From positions 1 through 24,857 of IMG/VR virus record IMGVR_UViG_3300037991_003040: a stretch of 24,857 nucleotides of DNA; one strand, written 5' to 3'. This DNA comes from a virus (taxonomy: Duplodnaviria > Caudoviricetes). Under the pieces are notes generated by a model. It was not told the origin of the DNA and made no database searches. It worked only from the letters and a program-made list of their open reading frames with translations. The stretch's first letter is position 1; every line of letters starts with the position of its first letter. The position numbers and the translations under genes were made by a program. Below are positions 17,701 through 24,152 of this stretch, one piece after another.

Positions 17701-20700
17701 TAAAAAATTATTTATTACGTAATAGATATATACAACATCAGTTAAATGGTGGTGGTGCTTTTTATATGGAAAATGGAGTTGGCTTTACAGCTCAAGGTGA
17801 ATTTTATACTTCAAATCCTAAAACAAGAAAAGAAGCTTATAACTTTTTAATGAAAAGAGAAGAGCTTAATGATCAATTAAGAACTTTAGAAAATCAATTA
17901 AAAGGCGAAGGTCTTAGTGAAAGTGAAAAAATAAATATAAAAAGCGAAATAGACGCTTTAAAGTTAGAAGTATTTAGATATTCTAAAGGCGGGACAACAT
18001 ATGAAGCTTTACAAAGTAAAATTAAAAAAGAAAACTTAGAAGTATTAACAGAAGAGTTAGCTATGGAATATGATTTACCTGGTGGTAAAACAACTCCTAA
18101 AACTTCAAAGCAAGATTTTCAAGATAGTTTTAATAAATGGGTTGAAGCAGGTGAAGTAAAAGCTCAAAATGTTAAAGAAGAAGTAGCGGTTGTAAACCCA
18201 AAAACAGGTGAAGCTTTTATAAACTTAGAGGTTGCTACTAAGATTAAAGATTTTACTAGTAAAAACCATGAAGATATTCACAAATTTTTATTATATTCTT
18301 TAAAAGATAATAACAATAAGGTAACTGATGAAGGTATTAAACTTATAGATGATACTTTATCTCAATTATCAGATAATCAAAGAGCTGTTTTAGACGCAGA
18401 AGTTAGTTCTAGGTATGATACTAAAAGACCACAAAATGAGTGGTATGAAGAAAACTTATCTGTTTTATCAGAACTAATAAAGAGTAAAAGAATAACATTT
18501 ACAGAAGAGCTTGGTGAAAAATTAAAAGGTTTTGTACCTTTCTTAAAACAAAAAGGCTTAGAAAACGTTGATCCAGAAAATGTAACTGGTAAGCAAATGT
18601 TTGATATGATTAAAGGTTTTGCTGAAGGTAAAGAAAACGCAGCTATACAAGTTGAGCAGTTTGCTAGAGATGCTGCTAAATTAAGAGGCGAAGAAGTTAG
18701 TGCTGTTCCTGTAGAAACAACAAGATCTGCTAAGAAAAACGCTAATGAATTAGTATTAGAGTTTAAAGAAAATAATCCTACTATAAACAGTCAAACTAAT
18801 ATACCTAAAAATTTATTAGATCAAATGTTTACAATGACGGCTGATGCTTGGAAATTTGATGTGAAAAAAGGTACTAAAACTCAGCAAGAGTTTGAAAGCG
18901 AAGCTCAATTATATTTTACAGGTATATTAAGAAGATTTAATCCAGACAGAGGTGTTAAGTTTAGTGATTTCTTTTATGCAAATATAAAACCTAAAGCTCA
19001 AAAGTTTTATCAAACACTAGAAAAAGAAACAATTACTGATAGTGCTGATCAAAGAAGAGAACAAGGTAAAGAAGTTGTAGAAACTGAAGAAATGGTGTTG
19101 ACAGAGGAAAGACCTACTGATACTGAAGGACTTGCAAAAACACCTACCTCAACAACAATATATAAGCCAGAAGCTTTAGGTACTTTAGGTATTGCTCAAG
19201 AAGTAATAGATCAGAAAAGAGGCGAAGGTAAATCTGACAATGAAATAATAAACGAACATATCACGGAGGTAATTGAAAGAAATTTTGAAGGTATAGATAT
19301 AAGTAAGTTTAAAGACGCAAAAGTTCCTAAAGAAATAGCAGAGCTTTACGCGAATATGTTTGGTATTGAAACAGTTACTGGTCTTACAGAAAAGGCGAGA
19401 AACTTTCCTAAAAAAGACGAACAAGCTTTAATTAGACTTAGGCAGTTTTTAGTTGATAATTCAGCTGCTGATTTTGCTAGACTACCTAAAACAGTAGACA
19501 TGCTTGGAAGAGGTACTGGTGTTTATCAGAATAAGTTTGGTAAAGCAATGTATGATGCTGAGGGTAATCTTGTAGGTACATTAAAAGATTATAGAGATAT
19601 ATTACAAGGTAAAAATGTTACAGTAAACGGTATAGAGTTTAATGCTGTAGGCAAAAATGGTAAACGTAAGCCTATATATAGAGGTGATTTACAAGCTAGT
19701 ATAAAGTTTGCTACTGATATGCACATGCGTAATAATATACTTGAAAGAACTAGTACGCAAGGTGAAAGACTTCAAATGGGCGGTAGATTTAGCAAACCAA
19801 AAGAAGAAACGGTAACCGCAGAAGAAATTATAGAAACACCATATGGATCTTTAGCTGCTAGCAAAAAAACATTTGAAACTAGCTTTAATGAATATTTAGC
19901 TGAAAAAGGATTACCACCATTACCAACTGACTCTAAAGAAAGAGTTAAAATGTATAGAGATCTTACATTAAATCAATTAGTAGATAAGTTTGGTGATTTA
20001 ACTCCTCAAGTAATAAAATGGTTGGGATACGGTGGTATGAGGGTTCCAACTAGAAAAAGCGGTACAGGTGGCTTAATGGTTGGTGTTAGCCGTCAGCTTC
20101 AAGATGTTGTAAATAAATATGGACTTTATAAAAACGAAAATGATCCAGAATCTGGATACACAAAAGAAGTTGAAGATTATATAAAAGCTAATAGAGAAGG
20201 AAGTATATTAGAACTTGAATTATTAGGTCAAGAAGTAAGTCAAGAAATAATTGACAGAAAAATTACAGAAGCTAGAATTGAAGGATATGAAAATAAAATA
20301 AATCCTGAGACTAATAAAAAATATACTAGAGAGCAAGCTGAAGAAGCTGTTGCTGAAGAAAGTAGAAAAATGGCATTGGCTTTGCAAACTCAAACACTAG
20401 GTAAATTAGAGAAAAATAAAAGAGAATATGAAGATATTCAAGCAGGTAAAGAGTTAATATTTGATAAGTTTAGAGAAATATATAAAGAAAACCCTGATAA
20501 ACTTGGAGCTTTAATTAGCATGATTTATACTGGTAATGCAACAAATCATCCGTTTAGAGGTTTTGCTACTGTGTTAGGGGCAGAAAAAGGAATTAAGCCG
20601 GGTGATAAATTCCAGAGAGAAGAACACGTTTTTCAGTATGGTAATTTTGCAGATGCTTTTACCAAAGCTATAAGTGGTAGTGATAAAGTTTATGAAGGCT

Positions 20701-23700
20701 TCAAAGAGTGGGCTAAAGAAAAATATTTTCAAATAAAAGTTAGTAAAGAAACTAAAGATATAATTGATCAAGGTGTAATAACAACTAATAGGTATACAGG
20801 TGAAACAATTGAAGGATATGGTCCATCTGATGGCTTACACCCTAAGTTTGAAGCTCGTTTAAAAGAAGCTTTAGAAACAGGTGATTTTAGTAAAGTACCA
20901 GATCCGAGATATAGGTATTATAACGAGTATCTTACTGCTAACCCTAATAAAATAGGTAGAGAATATTATAATGAAACCACTAAAAAGTGGGAATACAGAA
21001 CTGACGCAGAAGATTACAATGTAGCAGTAAAACCTAAGTTTAAAGACAATGCTATTGTAATCAGCGAACAAGGTAGATTAATACAACGAGTGATTGAATC
21101 TGAATCAGGTATATTAAACGAAGATAGTCCATTGTTCTTAACTAGAACACAAGCTAAAGAGCAAATGGATGCTTTTATGTTGCTAGAACCTAGTGTAAAA
21201 GCAAGTTTAAGTAAACAAAAAAATCAATATGTAGGTGGTAAATCTCCTAATTTAGATACAGTAGAAGGTTTAGTATATCATTTAGCTCAAACAGACGCTG
21301 CCGCTAGAAACGCTAGAAAACTTAATAAAGAGAAAAAATCTTTAACAGCTTTTGATGCTGACGAAACATTAGTTGTTACAAAAAGTAAAGTCAAAGTAGA
21401 GATGCCTGATGGTACAAAATTTGAACTAGATCCAAACGAATTTGGTGCTCAAGCTAAAGAATTAGAGTCACAGGGTGCTAAGTTTAACTTTGATGACTTT
21501 ATGACAATAAAAGGTGGTGAAGAAGGACCTGCGTTTAAAAGATACTTAGAGCAGTATAAACAACACGGTGGTGAAAACATGTTTGTATTAAGTGCTAGGC
21601 CAAAAGAGTTTGCTGCTCCAATGCAAGCTTGGTTAAAGTCAAAAGGTATAGATATACCAGTAGAAAATATTATAGGTTTAGGAAATGGTACACCAGCCGC
21701 AAAAGCAAATTGGTTTATAAACAAAGGTGCAGAAGGTTATAATGATTTTCTATTTGCAGATGATATATTGCCAAATGTTAAAGCTGTGCAAGGAGTTATA
21801 GATGTGTTGCAAATTGATGGACCGGTTCAAGCTAGATTAAGTTCTAAACCTAAAGAGTTTAACGAAATATTTAATCAAAATTTAGAACTTAGAACAACAG
21901 AGCTTGGTAGTAAAGTTGGTGCTGACTGGCAAATATCTGAAGCAAGAGCTCAAACAATGGGTAGACGTAAAAACATGAATATGTTTGAAAACTTTTTCAT
22001 GAGTTATTCAGCGGAAGATTTTAATGGTTTATTATACGCAACTCTTCCAAAAGGTAAAGCAGGTGAAAACATGTTCCAGTTTTATCAAGAAAATTTAATT
22101 GATCCATTTAATTTAGCTGAAAGAAAAATTGAATCTGCTAAAATAGCAGCTTCTGCTGATTTTAAAGAGCTTAAAAGTAGATTAACTAACCTACCTAAAT
22201 CAATGAATAAGGAAACTGGTATAGGTGGTTTTAGTTTTGGTGATGCTGCTCGTGTTGCTATATGGACAGAACAGGGCATGGAAATACCTGGTTTATCTAA
22301 AAGAGACGCTAAAGAATTAAATAAATTTGTTAGAGATAATTCAGATCTTAGTATTTTTGTTCAAGAGGTTATAAAGATGCAAAAAGGTAAACAATACCCT
22401 AAACCAGATAAAAACTGGATTGCTGGTACCTTGACAACAGATATAATGGGTGAGATAAATAAAGTAAATAGAGCTGAGTATTTACAAGAGTGGCAAGAAA
22501 ACGTAGACATTATATTTTCTCCAGAAAACAAAAGAAAACTTAGATATGCTTTTGGTGATAAATATGTTGAAGCTTTAGACGATATGTTAAGACGTATGAA
22601 AAGCGGTAATAATAAACCTATTGGTGGATCTAGAACTGTTAACAATATGCTTGATTGGGTTAATGGTTCTGTTGGAGCTACGATGTTCTTAAACACTAGA
22701 TCTGCTGCGCTACAAACAATATCTGCTGTAAATTATTTAAATTGGGGTGATAATAATCCATATGCAGCTGGTAAAGCTTTTGCTAATCAAAAACAGTATT
22801 GGAAAGATTTTACAACATTATTTAATTCAGATTATTTAGTTAATAGAAGAGAAGGTCTTCAAATAAATGTAACTGAATCAGAAATAGCAGATGCCGCAAA
22901 AAAAGATGGAGCTAAAGGAGCTATAGCATATTTATTAAATAAAGGTTTTGTTTTAACTAGAGGAGCTGATAGTTTTGCTATTGCAAGTGGTGGTGCTACT
23001 TTTTATAGAAACAGAATAAATACTTATGAAAAACAAGGAATGAGTACTGAAGAGGCTCAGCGTAAAGCTTTTGATGATTTTAGAAAAATATCAGAAGAAA
23101 ACCAGCAGTCTAGTAGTCCTATGAGAATTAGTCAACAACAAGCAAGTGGAGGTGGTAGATTAATACTAGCTTTTAAAAACACACCGATGCAGTATGCTCG
23201 TATAATAAAAAGATCTACGCAAGATTTAATAGCTGGTAGAGGTGATTGGAAAACTAATGTTTCTAAAATAGCTTATTATGGAGCTGCTCAAAACTTAATA
23301 TTTAATGGTTTACAAAATGCTATTTGGACAGAAGCGTTTGATGAAGATGGAGATGGTACAGAAAAAGGAGCTAGAACTGCAAACGGCATGGTTGACTCAC
23401 TTTTAGGTGGTTTAGGTTATCAAGGATCAGTAGCTGTTGCTATTAAAAATTCTTTAATAACAATAGCTAAAGAATCAGGTAAAGATTCTCCAGAGTTTAG
23501 AAAAGCTGTTAATGACTTACTTGATTTTTCACCACCAATTGATGTAAAAGCTAGAAAACTAATATCTGCTGCAAATACATTTAGTTGGGAAAGACAAGCT
23601 ATGAAAGAGGAAAGGTTTAACCTAAATAATCCAGCTTACTTAGCTACAGCACAAGTAGTTTCAGCTGCAACAAATATACCAGCGGATAGAGCTTTACAGA

Positions 23701-24035
23701 AAATAAATAACACTCGTATGATACTTAGTGATAATTCTGAAAAGTGGCAGAAAATAGCATTAGCATTAGGTTGGAGTACTTGGGATGTTGGTTTACCATA
23801 CTACGGTGTTCCTAGCACCGAGCCATTAAGTCCTGAGCGTGAAATGGAGAATAGAGAAATTGAAATGCGACAGAACACTAGTACTAAAGAGCAAAAACAA
23901 TTGTTAAAAGAACTTGGTTTAACAAATAAAGAAATTAGAGAATTAAGATACGAAAAAGATAGAGTTAAAAAAATAATAGCACTACAAGATAAAAAGAAAA
24001 AAGATGAAGAAAAAACTAAAACTGGTGGTAGATAA
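14754..24035 (+). CDS. Giant polyvalent (probably virion-ejected) protein, 3093 aa: zincin metallopeptidase, sigma70 region-2-like segment, HAD phosphatase and a helical C-terminal domain
   Basis: Uninterrupted 9.3-kb ORF starting 1 nt after the previous stop, in the ejection-protein position. Gly/Ala-rich hydrophobic segments at ~16640-17200 and ~22640-23790. Internal motifs are listed as separate features. Confidence 0.8.
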   Translation: MADNLLDYISSLHDEGLNDEQIFRLAQIWKKENPQPEVEEVEEVVETSGPQQKFFTTIDYSQLNLSNSFNPIDISLSSIQDRVNFTERQLLKNQKEQEGEQVELEEIELVANNPYNPVEMGEHLGLDVWTNINDKYDTSGLKKLGEWAKNNNTYTQDLGGPNENTYDLNEPIVLGGNEVAIDDYLNDQLKQPAHWAMGEDRNNQTTWMFTNDPTAQQKIKNKYFNGLGEDEKGYGPDIFKGIAPVNLPDLQGRRIFAGMQEVKDQWNWDYDQIFNWGERYLDEDELEFKNLNTLASKIKEEDADIDSLIPQIEDIISKYEPPAEIDRGAKNEALEEFKSLVKQARETKDYSKVIEYIAKKENYGTKLYDTTTGEVIGIDKATTKDLENYEKSEELAITTEYEDLELGLESQYYKLLTLAKDVRELNNTFGQGRTGFTGMDSASSLIPGVVPGIIRDEDNNIVGYTDDFYTSQSGIYSPDEYQRLMESHPDWNTGDIDFTYPVGNLRSQNGLLPKGLIEKITEFINTGEIPAGLKEIPSSHPLAAAYNQALNGYVVFNQAMQLNRNPIFMKSSIEAAEVVDEAMNMFGDNIVTTNERKNLFADALNDIGFDVSPEEITDQLDKGFGNKVSRGLVVFGGFLAELGLTRKVTPVSGQRATKLFQDIGARSGIYARSPWAKTAIDLTAKSIGEAADFAMTTKLYGEDGESALDSALFGASMPFGQAIFKGFSTFLNTRYIAGYTPIMQRLMKDPTLSKVITRTGEAQAGAFSYQTGSAFSSFVLDTGNYLESLEAEGSNLFEKHVEETLKMMIMGRVGKGVKGMENISYSLQNSFVRLNNKGRLNKDSRDAAKSLGIDNNIIKNPKADSYEKVIDAQTKALEELKKKKESMGSKEYEDAFNEILTNTQRLKNQLALNEVSDIIKENRKKPDGKLITDDQLFIISNKIKAGSKLTETESDILGQPGTPTRLVAERLGIEPGSPAYNTLKNYLLRNRYIQHQLNGGGAFYMENGVGFTAQGEFYTSNPKTRKEAYNFLMKREELNDQLRTLENQLKGEGLSESEKINIKSEIDALKLEVFRYSKGGTTYEALQSKIKKENLEVLTEELAMEYDLPGGKTTPKTSKQDFQDSFNKWVEAGEVKAQNVKEEVAVVNPKTGEAFINLEVATKIKDFTSKNHEDIHKFLLYSLKDNNNKVTDEGIKLIDDTLSQLSDNQRAVLDAEVSSRYDTKRPQNEWYEENLSVLSELIKSKRITFTEELGEKLKGFVPFLKQKGLENVDPENVTGKQMFDMIKGFAEGKENAAIQVEQFARDAAKLRGEEVSAVPVETTRSAKKNANELVLEFKENNPTINSQTNIPKNLLDQMFTMTADAWKFDVKKGTKTQQEFESEAQLYFTGILRRFNPDRGVKFSDFFYANIKPKAQKFYQTLEKETITDSADQRREQGKEVVETEEMVLTEERPTDTEGLAKTPTSTTIYKPEALGTLGIAQEVIDQKRGEGKSDNEIINEHITEVIERNFEGIDISKFKDAKVPKEIAELYANMFGIETVTGLTEKARNFPKKDEQALIRLRQFLVDNSAADFARLPKTVDMLGRGTGVYQNKFGKAMYDAEGNLVGTLKDYRDILQGKNVTVNGIEFNAVGKNGKRKPIYRGDLQASIKFATDMHMRNNILERTSTQGERLQMGGRFSKPKEETVTAEEIIETPYGSLAASKKTFETSFNEYLAEKGLPPLPTDSKERVKMYRDLTLNQLVDKFGDLTPQVIKWLGYGGMRVPTRKSGTGGLMVGVSRQLQDVVNKYGLYKNENDPESGYTKEVEDYIKANREGSILELELLGQEVSQEIIDRKITEARIEGYENKINPETNKKYTREQAEEAVAEESRKMALALQTQTLGKLEKNKREYEDIQAGKELIFDKFREIYKENPDKLGALISMIYTGNATNHPFRGFATVLGAEKGIKPGDKFQREEHVFQYGNFADAFTKAISGSDKVYEGFKEWAKEKYFQIKVSKETKDIIDQGVITTNRYTGETIEGYGPSDGLHPKFEARLKEALETGDFSKVPDPRYRYYNEYLTANPNKIGREYYNETTKKWEYRTDAEDYNVAVKPKFKDNAIVISEQGRLIQRVIESESGILNEDSPLFLTRTQAKEQMDAFMLLEPSVKASLSKQKNQYVGGKSPNLDTVEGLVYHLAQTDAAARNARKLNKEKKSLTAFDADETLVVTKSKVKVEMPDGTKFELDPNEFGAQAKELESQGAKFNFDDFMTIKGGEEGPAFKRYLEQYKQHGGENMFVLSARPKEFAAPMQAWLKSKGIDIPVENIIGLGNGTPAAKANWFINKGAEGYNDFLFADDILPNVKAVQGVIDVLQIDGPVQARLSSKPKEFNEIFNQNLELRTTELGSKVGADWQISEARAQTMGRRKNMNMFENFFMSYSAEDFNGLLYATLPKGKAGENMFQFYQENLIDPFNLAERKIESAKIAASADFKELKSRLTNLPKSMNKETGIGGFSFGDAARVAIWTEQGMEIPGLSKRDAKELNKFVRDNSDLSIFVQEVIKMQKGKQYPKPDKNWIAGTLTTDIMGEINKVNRAEYLQEWQENVDIIFSPENKRKLRYAFGDKYVEALDDMLRRMKSGNNKPIGGSRTVNNMLDWVNGSVGATMFLNTRSAALQTISAVNYLNWGDNNPYAAGKAFANQKQYWKDFTTLFNSDYLVNRREGLQINVTESEIADAAKKDGAKGAIAYLLNKGFVLTRGADSFAIASGGATFYRNRINTYEKQGMSTEEAQRKAFDDFRKISEENQQSSSPMRISQQQASGGGRLILAFKNTPMQYARIIKRSTQDLIAGRGDWKTNVSKIAYYGAAQNLIFNGLQNAIWTEAFDEDGDGTEKGARTANGMVDSLLGGLGYQGSVAVAIKNSLITIAKESGKDSPEFRKAVNDLLDFSPPIDVKARKLISAANTFSWERQAMKEERFNLNNPAYLATAQVVSAATNIPADRALQKINNTRMILSDNSEKWQKIALALGWSTWDVGLPYYGVPSTEPLSPEREMENREIEMRQNTSTKEQKQLLKELGLTNKEIRELRYEKDRVKKIIALQDKKKKDEEKTKTGGR
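18180..18480 (+). other. Zincin-like metallopeptidase (MPTase-type) domain in the giant protein
   Basis: AVVNPKTGEAFINLE...TSKNHEDIHKFL gives HExxH at 18267-18281 (aa 1172-1176), preceded by two strands. A downstream WYEE helix (18441-18452) could supply the third Zn ligand. Confidence 0.7.
18800..19010 (+). other. Sigma70 region-2-like segment in the giant protein
   Basis: QEFESEAQLYFTGILRRFNPDRGVKFSDFFYANIKPK aligns by eye with the sigma70 region 2.2-2.3 consensus DLIQEGNIGL.KAV.RFDP.RG.KFSTYA.WWIR. The core RFNPDRGVKFSDF is at 18933-18971. Confidence 0.5.
21336..21815 (+). other. HAD-superfamily phosphatase domain in the giant protein
   Basis: All four HAD motifs occur in order: I LTAFDADETL (D at 21354 and 21360), II MFVLSAR (S at 21591), III AAKANW, IV FLFADD..PN (DD at 21759-21764). 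Confidence 0.8.
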
Positions 24036-24093
24036 AATACAAGAAGCTTGGAATAAGCTTTTATATAAATTAATGTTTAAAAATTACAAATAA
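24004..24093 (+). CDS. Microprotein, 29 aa: MKKKLKLVVDKIQEAWNKLLYKLMFKNYK
   Basis: Below the ORF-track length cutoff. Starts inside the last 32 nt of the giant gene, fills the otherwise empty spacer, and its TAA overlaps the next ATG (TAATG at 24091-24095). Basic amphipathic helix pattern. Confidence 0.55.
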   Translation: MKKKLKLVVDKIQEAWNKLLYKLMFKNYK

Positions 24094-24152
24094 TGAAAAA
24101 TGAAAAAACTGATATGTGTCCTATTTGCGGCGGTTATTGCGGTCTCTGCTAA
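24093..24152 (+). CDS. Cys-rich microprotein, 19 aa: MKNEKTDMCPICGGYCGLC
   Basis: The ATG is coupled to the upstream TAA. It has two CxxC pairs and overlaps the signal-peptide codons of the next gene in another frame. It could be a frame-shift by-product of Ala/Val codons. Confidence 0.4.
   Translation: MKNEKTDMCPICGGYCGLC

Noticed and set aside
834-22696. Short minus-strand and alternative-frame ORFs from the track (e.g. 834-1100, 1311-1517, 2033-2254, 2988-3188, 11350-11574, 21449-21724, 22361-22696)
   Set aside because: They are shadows of long + strand genes, with F/L/S/I-rich antisense-type composition and no supporting start context or motifs.
23334-23360. AFDEDGDG in the giant protein resembles the DxDxD catalytic motif of two-barrel RNA polymerases
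   Set aside because: It lies in an acidic loop between hydrophobic helices of the C-terminal domain, with no beta-barrel context or upstream NADFD/GxDFD-like residues.
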